64,000 nucleotides of DNA. Source: Chlorokybus atmophyticus. Lineage: Eukaryota > Plantae > Mesostigma and Chlorokybus algae. Of the stretch, positions 24,812-37,681 are shown one piece after another. Numbering within the stretch: position 1 is the stretch's first letter; every line of letters begins with the position of its first letter. Made by a program: the position numbers and the translations under genes. The DNA is taken from contig RHPI01003533.1 in NCBI GenBank assembly GCA_009103225.1, forward strand, positions 223,950 through 287,949, in the 5' to 3' direction. The notes under the pieces are model-generated. The model did no database searches. It saw only the letters and a list, made by a program, of their open reading frames with translations, and was not told the DNA's origin.

Positions 24812-27800
24812 GTGAGGAGGCTACTGCTGGGGATAGGAATGAGCCTCATGCACGGACGGATGCTGTGACTTTCGCATTAAAGAAGCAAGAGGAGATGGCT
24901 TTGAACGTGCCAATGGCGGTCAGTTATGCAAACGAGGAGACAACAAAGTACTTCGGGCTTCGAGCACACATTTGCGATGACCAAGGACGATGGAGAGAGT
25001 GTAAGCTCATGATTGATAGCGGTGCCAACAGCAACTTCATGAGTATTGATATCGCGCGGCGTTACGGTTGGCTTTCGTCATTACGAAGAGGTGAAGTGAA
25101 GCTCGCTGATGGAGAGCCACCCTCTGGAGGTGATGGCGCTGCGTTTATGACCAAAGAGTTGTGCGTTCGCATTGGGAAGATGAAGGAGAGCATGCGATTT
25201 GCTGCATCACCCTACGGAACGGGTTTGATGGGATTTTCGGACTACCGTGGCTATGGCAACATAATCCAGCCATCAATTGGAGGAAGCGCGTGCTCACCAT
25301 CGAGCGAAACGGTGGAGAGTCCATTCAAGCTGCATCGGACGTCATCGAGGCGCGGCACGCACAATTAGGTGGTACGACAATTGCCCAGATCTCTTATGTG
25401 CAATTGAGGAAGTTATTGTCTCCACGGAAGGCAAAGGCTGCATGGTTGTGCGTGGTGCGCGAAAACACTGCAAAGTCAGCACCGGAGATGAGTGACGATG
25501 TTCAGACAGCTACTATGGACCCCGAGGTGTGTAAACTTGTTAAAGAATACGAAGATATCATGGTGGACGGACTTCCATCTGGTCTACCACCTCCACGGAG
25601 CGTAGACCACCGTGTGGAGCTGATTGAGGGCGTGCACAAGCCACCGTATCGACCCGTATACAAGTTGTCACCTTTGGAACTGGAAGAGGCCGAGAGGCAG
25701 GTGGCGGACTTGCTGAAAAGAGGCTACATCAGGCCTAGTAAGTCCCCCTATGGTGCACCTATTTTGTTTGTACGAAAGAAGAACGGGAGCTTGCGCATGT
25801 GCGTCGACTACCGAGCTCTCAACAACATCACGCAGAGGAATTGCTTTCCACTCCCACGTATCGACGAGTTGCTGGAGCAACTGCAAGGTGCGCAGTACTT
25901 CACAACACTTGATCTTGCTGGAGGTTATCACCAAATTCGCATCGTGCCCGAGGATGTGGAGAAAACAGCTTTTAACACACGTTATGGGCGCTACGAGTGG
26001 TTGGTCATGTCCTTCGGACTTACGAACGCACCGGCAACATTTCAAACGCTTATGAACAGCGTTTTTGCTGACTTGATTGGTAAGGGAGTCCTCGTGTACC
26101 TCGACGACATTTTGGTGTACGCGACAACAAAGGAGGAGCACGTGGCACTTCTACGGCGCGTGTTGCAGCGTTTGCGCGAACACAAGTTGTACGCCCAGCT
26201 ACAGAAGTGCAAATTCTTGCTTCGAGAGGTGGAGTACCTAGGCCACATTGTGTCGCATGAAGGCATCAAGCCGGACCCCAACAAAGTGCAGGTGGTGCGC
26301 GAGTGGGCTGCCCCGACCAATGTAAAGGAGGTGATGTCCTTTTTAGGCCTTGCGGGGTATTATCGCAAGTTTATCATGGGGTTTTCGCGCATAGCTGCTC
26401 CCTTGACTACCCTACTCAAGAAGGGAAAGCATTGGAGCTGGTCAGCAACAGAGGAACATGCATTTGCTGCGTTGAAGAAGGCGCTGACGGAGGCACCAGT
26501 CCTGGCTCACCCCAACATGGAAAAGACATTTATTTTGGCTTGCGACGCGTCCGACACAGCCGTAGGAGCTGTTTTGCAGCAAGACCATGGCAACGGCCTT
26601 CAACCAGTAGCATNAAGCATTCTTCAGCAAAAAGATGAGTGGTGCGGAGATGAATTACCCCGTGCACGAGAAGGAACTTTTAGCGCAAGTCATGGCGCTA
26701 CGACAATAGCGTTGTTTTTTGAAAGGCAAAAAGTTCGTGCTTGAAACGGATCACTCTCCACTGAGGTACTTACAAACACAACCTCATCTGAGTCGCAGAC
26801 AAGCTCGATGGCTTGAGTTCTTTCAATTTTTTAACTTCGATATCAAGTACAAGCCCGGTACGTCAAATGGTGTTGCTGACGCGCTGAGCCGGCTTAATGC
26901 AATTGAGGCACTCGCTCAAGTGCAGCCCGAGTGGACCGACCAGATTCGGCAAGTGCTTCGTGAAGACACGCAGGGTATGAAAGTGTTGCAAGAGCTGGAA
27001 AATACAGCTACGGACACAAGTGGGCACTGGTCAATGCGCGACGGGCTGCTGTGGCACCATGGGCGCTTGTACATCCCCAACGTCGCGCATATCCGTGTGA
27101 AGTTGCTGAAGGAAGCTCATGACGTGCCCATTGCTGGTCACCAAGGGTTGGAAAGGACTTTGGCAAGCTTAAAACAGCGTTTTTACTGGCGAGAGATGCA
27201 TCGCGATGTGCGCGACTACGTGGCGTTGTGCGACGCATGCCAAAGGGTGAAGGCAAGCAACCAAAAGCCAGGTGGGTTGCTGAAACCTCTCCCTGTGCCG
27301 TTGTCTTAGTGGGAGCAAGTTACCATGGACTTTATCACGGGGCTACCAAAGACAAAAGCAGGGTACGACGCTATACTTGTGTTCGTCGATAAAACCAGCA
27401 AAATGGTACGCTTGGCACCGTGTAGTGAGTCTTGCACGGCACCGGAGGCAGCACGCTTGTTCGTGAAGCATGTATTTCATTCTCATGGATTACCACGAAG
27501 CATTGTGAGTGATCGCGACCCGCGCTTTACAAGTAAGTTTTGGGAGGCGCTGCATAGTGCAATAGGTACCACCTTGAAGTTTATCACGGCATTCCACCCG
27601 CAAACTAATGGGCAAACGGAGCGGGCCAACCGTGTGATCGAGGACATGCTGCGTTGCTACGGTAACGCGCGACAAGACAATTGGGAGGAGCTGCTTGAGT
27701 TGGTTGAGTTTGCGATCAACAACCACCACAATGCAAGCACAGGTGTCACTCCCTTCCTTATGAACTACGGGCAACATCCATTGACACCGTTGACTGCATG

Positions 27801-28458
27801 GACACCGCGACGACATGACGTGCGTGTGGAGGCAGCTAATGACTTCCTTACAAAGTGCGCGGACATTAACAAGGCAGCTAGGGATGCGTTATTGGTGGCA
27901 CAAAATCGGCAGAAGCAGTACGCGGACGCGCATCGCCGACACCTCACGTTTCAGGAAGGCGACATTGTGTTACTCTCCGCGAAGCACGTCCAGGTGCGTA
28001 AGGGAGTTCGCAAGCTGAATGAACGCTGGTTGGGACCATTTAAGGTCAGCAAAGTTATCTCGGACGTGGCGTACAAGTTTGAGCTACCCGACACCATGCG
28101 TGTGCACCCCGTTTTTCACGTCTCCCTTGTGAAAGCATATCGAGGACAACCGCCAAAAAGGCCACCCCCCGAAGTTGGCACGAACGGTGAACCCGAGTGG
28201 GAGGTAGAAGACATCCTTGGTGAGAAGTTTGTGCATGGCGTACGCAAGTTCTTAGTGAAATGGAAGGGCTATCCGTTGCATGAAGCATCCTGGGAGCCAG
28301 AGGCACACTTGATTAATGCTCAAGACGTTGTGCGTGCTTATCTTGCTCGACGACAACCTCGCGAGCTTCGAGGACGAAGCTCACTTGGGGGGGGGAGGAG
28401 TGTAACAGTCAAGGCCAAATTCTGTGATTTTCATGGCCGTTTTAGGCCTTATTTGTAA
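24790..28458 (+). pseudogene. pol: Chromovirus Pol (PR-RT-RH-IN-chromodomain) with disruptions
   Basis: IDSGA; LRMCVDYRALN; YLDD; ACDASD; TDHSPL; HHCC; MDFITGLP; SDRDPRF; GPF; chromodomain EWEVEDIL...FLVKWKGY...SWEP. Frameshift ~25210, n-containing indel ~26614, in-frame TAG at 26707 and 27307. Confidence 0.93.
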
Positions 28459-30119
28459 GGTACATGTTTTTAATGACTTGTGGTGGATATCGGCGAGTTA
28501 TGAGTCTGCCGCGGATATCGACTGGGGCCCCAAGACCAGTCCGGAAGGTGCCAGAAAACGGAGGGCCAGTCGAGAAGGGCTCGACCAGATTTCTGGAAGG
28601 GCCTGGCGCCAAGTAGTATAACTTGACCATATGAGCAGCAAATTATGAGATCTTTGGTGCGTTGGAAAGGTCTAGAAGTGTACTACAAGATTCTGCAAGA
28701 ATATCTTAGCTTCTAGTTCCGTCTAGCGCTAGAATCGTCTAGACAGTAGCATGTGCAGACTGGTATAAAAGGTATAAAAGTGACATTCTACAATTTGCAA
28801 TACAACCTTTAGCTCCCTAGTTTCTTGTGTGCAAGCTTGGTGGTGGTTAGCAGGGGTTGCTAGCGTGTGGCCACTGGTGTGTGCTTGCTTGTGTGACGAT
28901 CCAAGGCGCTACACAAGTCGGTGTGTAGCTTCGAGCGCATGCGCGTGCGTACGCGAGTGGCGGGGCGCGTGTGTGTGCTTGGCGGAGGAGGCAATGTTCC
29001 GGTGTGAATACTGTGCCTTGGTGAGAGGGTTGTGGATTGGACCAACTCACAGGTAGCAAGGCACGAGCACCGTCACACAGGAAGTAGAGAGACCACCCGC
29101 CCGTCGGACACATTTGATCCATTGACAGCGAAAACGCACGGTACTTTGGGAAGTGCGTTCCACAACGTCCTGGCCGTGCGCGTCGCGCACAGTGGCCACA
29201 CTTGCCGCACAAGCGTAGGGCGGGTTTCCTGACGCTGTACAGGCAGCGCATGTCCTGCAGCGCGCACAAGGACTGGCAGATCTAGAGTGAGGGGCTGCGG
29301 TGGTGGCGCTGGTACCGGGTTGCACGAGCACACACGTGGCAGCGCCGACGGCGGAGGACGACGCCGGAAGGCTAGCTAATGGCTAGCATAACTTTAGAGC
29401 TCCTCCCCACCGGACGGATAGCCGGCGGAGAGGATAGATTAATGCCGCCTATCCGTCATTTATCTTACGAAACCATGTGAGAAGCCGGTGGGTGACCGGT
29501 AGTGGCGCAGTCACCACCGTCATCCACGTGGCCTGTGCGCCGAACGTATTAGCACACACAGCTCATGCCCACCCGGGGAGGCAATGAGCAAAATTCATTG
29601 TGAAATTGTGACATTCACATAAGCACGCCATGCATCATTCACTCAAGTTTCAGAAGTCATTCTTGTATTAAAGATGCTTGAAGAGAAGGCGGCTCCCGGG
29701 TTGCCTACAAGTGAGCCGCTGAACTACTTTTATACCCTTGTCACTAGTCTTATCCAACTAGGCATGCAATAACAAATAAGCTTATTAACCACTGTTTGAT
29801 TAATAATGCAACTATAATATGTCGGCATAGCCACACTAGGGCATCTTCCCTAGCTATTTACAGCCATTTCCTGCAGTAAGACCCGTGGCTAACTGCCTTA
29901 TTATGCGATCACATGGTTAATTAAATAACCAACATTATTTTAACTACATCAACACCTACTGGCCGTTGATGCAGCACCTCCTCGCCGTCTTCATCGCACG
30001 GTCGTCACGCTCCGCGCACGGTCTTCATCGTTGTGTCGTGATTGGACCACGCGGCCTGGTCACTGTCTCGCTGCCGGGCACCCGTCTGGTACCCACAGAT
30101 GTGAGAAGCCCCTCCCCAC

Positions 30120-32349
30120 CAACACAAAAACCCACCTGGGTTTTGCTGAGGAAATTTTCACATAATCCAGGGAATTCAGTAAACCCAGCAAACATTGCAG
30201 TAGGAGCCTGAGGTTGCACATTGAGCGGTCCTGGCAACAGCACGATCAGCACTCCTTCCGGGTTTCCCGGCATGGTCGTGGCGTGCACTGCATAATACTG
30301 GTATTTCTCGTCTGCTGGCAGTTGTACGGAGGTAGGGAAGAACCCACTCTTGCTGTTGATACAGGTTTTCATGCCCCGCACGTCCACCACAATTGGCCCA
30401 ATTGATTTTGCAGCGCCTGTGACTGCTCTCTGGGTCTGCATGAGGCCCTGGTCGGAGCCATATTGGTTCATGACCCCGGACTCGAATGGATTTATATCCG
30501 CCGTTGGCCCCAATTCTACCACGCCGTCGATGGAGCCGCCACGTCACGTACGGAAACGCGCACAGGCGACTTGCCGTGGTGTCGCGGCGTACGAGCCCTT
30601 ATTGGCGACCTGATGCGGTACGGTGACCTGTCGCGCGGCACCGTGAACTGCCCACGTGGCGAGTACCTACGCGGCGAACGCTCGCGACCGCGGTCCCTTG
30701 AGCGATGCCGAGTTGGTGAGCGCGATCGAGCTGGCTGGGGTGAGCGCGCCGATCGTTGTGAGCTGTGAGCCTTGCGATCCTTGCGATTGGGTTCAGCCCG
30801 GGGAAGATGATCTTTGTGAGCAGCAGTCCCGACCTGGGGCAATTCAGGTCCTTCCTGGGTAGGGACTGGTAGCCGTGTATCAATGTATTGCTTCAAGGCC
30901 GCGAACATCTTCTCCATCTCCGTGGGTGACTCCGGGGACTTCAAATTTGTCTGGTCTTGGGACCCATTATGTAAATGAGGCGGCTTTAGGATTACTTGCT
31001 GGTTGGGTTTAGGCGTGTTTAGGACCCTGCCAATGCGCGTGATTCGACTGAACTTAGGAAGCGTGTCCGCCGCCGAGTCCACCATCACCACGTCGTCATC
31101 TTCAATACCCTTGCCGTCCCCCTAGACCACGCCATCCTTGGGCTCCTGGCTAACGCCAACATTCCTGCCGCCTGTCGGAACTCTCGTAATAACTTCCGGC
31201 ATGATATCGGGAACTTGCCTATTAGCTTCCGTCCAAACTTCCCTTTTTTGGAATGGAAGCTTCCTTTGTAACTCTCATAATAACATCCTCAACAACTTCC
31301 GCAGCTACTTCCACGCCGACTGACGCCGTTGGCACTGCCTGGTCGACGGTGCCTGCCGCGTCGACGCCCGTTTGCACTGCCGCTCCAGCGACAGAGCTCG
31401 TATTGTCTTCATAGTCCAAGGGGTCTTGGGAGGGAGACCTGGTGGACCCTGTTACTTGAACAGGCTTGGGTGCTGCTGGCACGCTCACTTGCCGGGTGGG
31501 CACCTGACCCAAAACCACATTATCATCAGCCAAAATAGGCTGTAATAAAGTGTTTTCTGTAGAAATTGTGCAATAATAGCCACATTGTTGCCAATCAATA
31601 ACAGGTTGCTGTATTTCAGCTTCCTCACTGCTTGCGGCCAACATCTCATCCACAGCGTTGCGCACACCCTCAGCTAATCCTGACTCATCTTCATTGTATT
31701 GTGATGGTAGCAGATTAGCCAATGTCAGTGGGTTGCTCTCATGAATTCTCGTAGCAGCAGGTTGAGGTGCAAACACAGATGCATCAATGCACAGCTGTCG
31801 AGTACGCACAAGTTTGCCTCCCATAACTGTAGTTGGACGCTTCACAAACTCAAAGCCCATAAATTGTTGTAGCTTTTGCTTGCGTTTGCTACTCAATCTA
31901 CTTGCTTGAGAGCGTACCAGCTTAGCGGGGCTGTCGTCAAGCTGATAAGTGAATTCTGGTGATTCGCGTGTCACTTTCTTCTGCTGTTCATCCCAGAGGA
32001 AGGGCGTTTGCCCCGGTGCTGGTGGTGATGGGTAGGACGCCTTGTCCACCTTTGTTGTCATGCGCGGATAGACAACAGCATGGCCACAAGCTTGACGCCA
32101 TCCATTCACCCAAGCTGCACGCTCATGTGTGTTGCCAGACTGCTTGTGACGAGGGATGGTGTCATGCAGCCTCTCCGGTAGTCCAGGTGGATACTCTAGC
32201 CGGTTGTTGATTTTTGCGGGTGCCATGCTGCAACAATAAGCCTTATTGAGTCCTTTTTTAAGGCTTAATTGATGACTTTTGGCTATGCAGTTAGCTGTGC
32301 AGTCAGTCTCTGCTATTGATGCCACTGGAGCAACTCTTGACTGTGACAA
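30120..32349 (-). pseudogene. Extra sense-strand ORF(s) downstream of integrase, unknown function, with an RS-rich segment
   Basis: Consecutive ORFs 31222-32349, 30516-31091 and 30120-30522 joinable by two frameshifts and one TAG. Confidence 0.6.
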
Positions 32350-32907
32350 CTGACTGGGTATGGCACACCTGCGGCATCCTCAGTGCCCGCCCTGCCTACC
32401 CACGTCCCCAGTCACATTATGCCGCCTCAGCAACGTCGCACACACACCTTAACACTGACAAGCCTGGCTTGGCAATGACTGCCAGTCACTGCCACACTGC
32501 AGTGCAACCAGCATACCTGCAGGCTGCAGCTGCTGCTGCGAGCCGCTGCCGGCAGAGGGCGTGATGATGGCAATGGCAGGGCGTGCTGCCACAGCCCGCG
32601 CATGTCTCCACTGACGTCGCCGCCGTCGTACCTCGGCTGCCGCTCCCGCCGCTGCCGCCGCCGCTGACCAGTGCTGCTGCACTGGCAACCTCAAAAAGGC
32701 TGCAGTTGGCCTTTTCAAGCCGCCGACCGGTGTTGGCCGATTGCGGCCTTCTTTTACAATTGTTTTTTGGGGTTTTTCGGCCTCAAATTCGGCCTTTCCT
32801 CAATTTGCCAGCCGCGAGTCTCAGGGCCGTCGATCTTATCCGACGGTCACCATGAGTTCGCGCGGCTTGCGAATCATGGCGCCGCGGAAGGCCCTTCCTG
32901 GGCCTTT

Positions 32908-35900
32908 CTAGGCCCTGTTTGCAGCGTCAGCTGCGCCTCTAACCTTGAAGGGGGTAATTCTCTCCACATTCACTGTTTCTTGCTTCAAACAAGCTATGTG
33001 CTCAACCAAGATAGTTGTTTTGGCCGTGTTGCATATCTCTTTGATCACATAACCTCCTTTCCAATTGCCAGCAGCCCCTGCTGCTCTGGGACCGGTTCTC
33101 AGCATCACAGTTTGCCCAACCTGCAACCACGCTAGTTGAGTTGGGTCAAGTGGTTGCTTCCTTGTTGCAAAGTCCTCAATCTGCTTCTGCTGAGCTTGCT
33201 CAATATTCACCAGAGCTCGATCATAAAGCCTGCTCACAGACTCTTGGCGTTTCAGCAGCAATGCAGCTAAGTCCGCCTCTCCCATTGTGGCATAATCCAA
33301 CTCCTCTATCTCTGAGTTGCTGACCACATTATCAAGCTGAAGCTTGGGGTCTCTGTGATACACCATCTTAAACGGTGTCACGCGAGTGCTGCGTTGCTTG
33401 GTTACACGGTAGGTGAACAGCACTTGTTGCAAATTCTGCTCCCACCGGTCTCCCACCATGCTTTTGAACAATGCCAACTTCACTGTCCCATTTATTCTCT
33501 CAACCAACCCATTTGTTTGCGGGTGGTAAGCGTCTGAGTTGACGTTCTCAACATTGTAGCGTGACAGCAAGTCTTGCACTTCACTGTTGAGAAACTCTTT
33601 CCCATTGTCACTCTGAATGATAGCGGGAACACCATGACGGCAGATGATGTCCTCAAGCAGAAACTGGCGCACATGAATGCCCTCTTTTGAAGGAATTGCC
33701 TTTGCCTCGACCCATTTAATGAGGTAATCAATGGCCATGACAATGTACTTGTTGCCCTTTACTGTCTCAGGCAGTGGTCCAATCAAATCAATTCCCACTC
33801 CGTGAAAGGCTTCACCAGTCACTTTGATTGGATGCAAGGGAGCAGGCTCACGGGATGTACGCCGGTGCTCTTGGCAACTCATGCAAGAGTTCACATACTC
33901 TGTCACTTCCTGAGTCATCCCATACCAGAAGAATCGAGGGCGCAACATTTCAAGCACCTTGCCAGCACTTGGGTGATGCATGTTGTCGTGATGCATCTGG
34001 ATGATACCACGCCTCAGACTCTTAGGTGGAACTCTGCGAGTCACCATCTGTGGCCGATCATCCTTATCATAAGTGCTTCTCCCCTTCTTGTTGCCAGGCC
34101 TGGTCCAGACCTCACTGCCTTTCATTGCAAAGCCTTTGGCTCGCTTGCGTACTCGCCTCCTTTCTTGCTTTGACAGTGCTTTGATGCTGGATGGTTCCTT
34201 CAAGTATGTGAGCAACACCTGATCATCCATCACATCTTTTATGGGCTTGCCAGCTGAAAGTTTTGATGGGGGTAAAGTTTGCGCTTCAACTGGAGCCTCC
34301 ACTATGTCCTCCCCTTCACCATCGCTCACCTGAGCCACAAGGCTTGGCATAGTGTCTGATTCAGCAACGTCTTCCCCCTCAGTGCATGTCTCAAGTGCCT
34401 CCTCTTGTGCCTTATTGCCGAGGTCAAGCTCATCAGAAGACATCCCCCCCACACGCACTACCTCTTCTTCAGCAGTGTATAAGTCTGGAGGATTGCGGCT
34501 CAGCGCATCCACATGGTCGTGGTTCTTGCCAGGCTCATACTCCACCACAAAGTCATACTCCAGCAGCTTGAGTGACCATCTGGTGAGCTTGCCCGTAGGA
34601 TCAACCGTATTCATCAACCATTTCAGAGGGCGATAATCCGTCACCACCGTGAAGGTTGTACCATGCAGGTAGTGCCTTCACATCTCCACACTCCACACGG
34701 TAGCGAGGCACTCTTTTTCAGTTACACTGTAGTTTCGCTCAGCCTTGTTGAGCATCCGGCTGGCATAAGCTACAACATACTCTTGGTTGTCCACACGCTG
34801 TGACAATATAGCTCCCAAGGCATAGTCTGAGGCATCCGTCATCACCACAAAAGGCATATCCAGATCTGGCCTCCTCAACACTGGAGCAGTGGTCAACGCG
34901 TGTTTCAGCTCATCAAACACTTGCTGCTGCTCTCCCCCCCACACAAATGGCACCACACTGGACGTCAACTCAGTGAGTAGTTGTGCTTTCTTGCTGAAGT
35001 TCTCCACAAACCTTCTGTAGTATGAAGCTAACCCCAAGAATGAGCGCACACGTGTTTGTGTAGTTAGCACAGAGCACTCATGTAATGCCTTCAGCTTGCT
35101 GGCTTGTGGTTTCACCCCATTCTCCATTAGGTCATGTCCCAACATGTCAACCTCATACATGCCAAACTTGCACTTCTCGAGTTCCGCCACAAGCTGTGCG
35201 TCACGCAGGGCTTGCATCACCAAGTTCAAATGCTGAATGTGTTCTTCAAAGGTGTTGGAGTACACAATGATGTCGTCAAAGAACACCAGCACGAACTTGT
35301 TGCTGTACTTTTTCAACACTGGCGTCATCAGCCTTTGGAACGTCGCTGGTGCATTGGTGAGACCGAAGGGCATGGTGTTAAATTCATACAAGCCTGTCTT
35401 GGTAACAAAAGCTGTCTTCTCACGGTCATGAGGCTCCACCCACACCTGATGGTAAGCAGACAGCAAGTCCAACTTGCTGAAGTACTTGGCTTTGCCCACA
35501 CTGTCCAAAATGTCGTCACACCTTGGCACAGGAAACCTGTCTTTCTTTGTGACCTCATTCAGCTTGCGGTAGTCTATGCAAAGCCGCCAGCCGCGGCCGT
35601 TAGGCTTGGGCACCATCACAATCGGTGAAGACCATGGGCTTGATGAGGGACTCACAATGCCAGCCTGCAGCATGTGTGTTCAACTTCTTCTTCAATCTGC
35701 TGATCCTCAGCACGTGAAGTGCGGTATGGCTTTTGCACAATGGGGCGAGCATCTTCAGTGTCAATCGCATGTGTCACCATGTTAGTGCCAGGCACTCTCT
35801 CTCCCAACACAAACTCTTGCTTGGTAGCAAAGAGATCATCAAACTTGCTCAGCAACTCCACCACCTCCTCCCTTTCTGAGTGTGCTAACTCAGAGTTGAT

Positions 35901-37681
35901 GGGAAGCTGATGCACTGTCATAATCTTTTCAGCTTGCTTGACCTCTATGCCTGGGGAAGATGTGAAGGACATTGTGACACCCGCTCTAAGCTCTCCGTCA
36001 AAGGTGAGCTGCCTGCTGGAGAATGAGAGATTTGCACCAGCTCGAGCTAGCCAGTCCGTGCCAACCAGCAGGTCATCCATTGTTGAGGGGCTGACGTTTA
36101 CGCGTACGGCATGCGTAATATCACCAATGGTAATGGGGAGCTCCTCAAGCACTCCCAAAAAGGCGCACTTGTTACCATTGGCAACTCTCATGACTCGGCG
36201 GGTGGGTTGCATTGAACTTTGCAAGCCTAACGCTTCCATCAAGGTTATTCCCATCACAGTGCATGATGCACCTGAGTCAATCACAGCCTCCACCTCCCGA
36301 CCCATGATGGTTACTGTAGCATAGGTGGCAGTATGCTCAGTAGACTCAGTCATGTGCACCACTTGAGTGTCGCTCTTCTCAAGCTTTCTGAGGTAGGTAG
36401 TCAATTGCTGTCTGTGTTGAGGACTCACTTTCAACAGTTGCTTGATAGAGATCTTGGCAGTGACGTAGTCTAATTGCTCCAGCACATCATAGTTCTCTCC
36501 CTTTGCCACCTCATGTGAAGTGTGCATCTTCACAGGCTTGGTCCACACAGCTGTCACCTCTTCAGTCTCAGGCAGGTGTGGTGCAGATGCGCATGCTGCC
36601 GCAGCAGTGCTGCAGGAGGGCACATCCGATGCAGCTGGAATAAGCATGGTTGGCTTGTCATGCTTAACCTCATCCTCACTGTCACTCATTGCCACCACCA
36701 TAGACACTTTGGAGGTTGACCCCACCACGTTGCTTGGTGTTGCCATTTGCTCCTTGACCTTGGCTGCTGCCCATTTGGGCCACATGGGCTTGATGTGACC
36801 TGTCTCGTGACAATAATAGCACTGCCTGGTGTCTGGTCTCACTCCTCCCTTCCTGCATAGGCGTTGCCTTGCTGATAAGCTTGAGGCTGTGTCTTTGTCA
36901 CCACCTCTGCTAGATGTACCTTTTGTTCAGTCAATTGTTTCATCATAGCATCCATTTTCTTCTGCAAGTCTGCTAATGCACTTGCCTCCTTTGCCAAGAC
37001 TTGCTCTTTGCCAACTTGCGCTGCCTGCATAATGCCCTCAAAAACTACAGCATCATTGATGGCTTGCTCCAATTCCTCAGGCCTTCTGTTAATAACCTTC
37101 TCACGCAAGTCTGGCCTCAAGCCTTGTATAAAGCGCGTCTTCTTCCAAGGGTTTGAAAACTCTCCCCCCAAGCGATCCATGAGCTTCTTCAGGTGGTCTG
37201 CGTACGTGCGCACGCTCTCGTTGACCCCTTGCTTCTTGTCATGCAACTCATTCATGTAGATGCTTGGGTCCCCCACATCAAAGCGTTCTTTCATGGCCAC
37301 TTTCAGTCCTGCCCAGGTGCTGAACTCACGAGTCAGGTACCAAGTCTGTGCCTCATCCCTCAGGTGTGTGGCTGCCAGCTTGTACGTGATCTCCTCATTC
37401 CAGTTATAGGCATTAGCCATCATGTCTACATGCCTCAGCCATGCTATAACATCCTCCTTCAGCTGACCATGAAATGTACTGAGCTTTGGTGAAGGCAGCA
37501 CCACCCTAGGTACAGCAGAAGTAATCTCTGTCACTGCTGCCATGGTGTTTTTCTGTTGCTTTTTTCTTTTCGTAGGTTCCACCCCCTCACTCAGGCTTAG
37601 CTGAGGGTTTTGTTGTAACCCCTTCCTGGTAAGTGGGCGGTCCTCAATTTTTGTTGGGTGATGTTTTGTTGGCAGGCCCAA
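32908..37681 (-). pseudogene. pol: Gag-PR-RT-RH-IN of the second Gypsy, broken by 3 frameshifts
   Basis: Gag LSTFHG...WLRH...FIQGLRPDL; damaged knuckle CYYCHETGHIKPMW; IDSGAS; WRLCIDYRKLN; FFDD; TDASDYALGA; HHCC; IDLIGPL; SDNGKEF; AYHPQTNGLVER. Shifts near 36840, 35670 and 34660. Confidence 0.93.

Larger units (their letters stand above)
23013..29077 (+). mobile_element. Full-length Ty3/Gypsy chromovirus, inactivated
   Basis: LTRs 23013-23688 and 28401-29077 (TG...CA); 5-bp TSD CAGGA on both sides; PBS TGGTATCGGAGC 23691-23702 (tRNA-iMet type); PPT 28387-28400; gag-pol with a chromodomain. Confidence 0.97.

Noticed and set aside
29150-29270. CXXC-like LCGKCGHC / CARCRTCAAC
   Set aside because: Ligand spacing incomplete, present in competing frames of GC-rich DNA, and bounded by stops.
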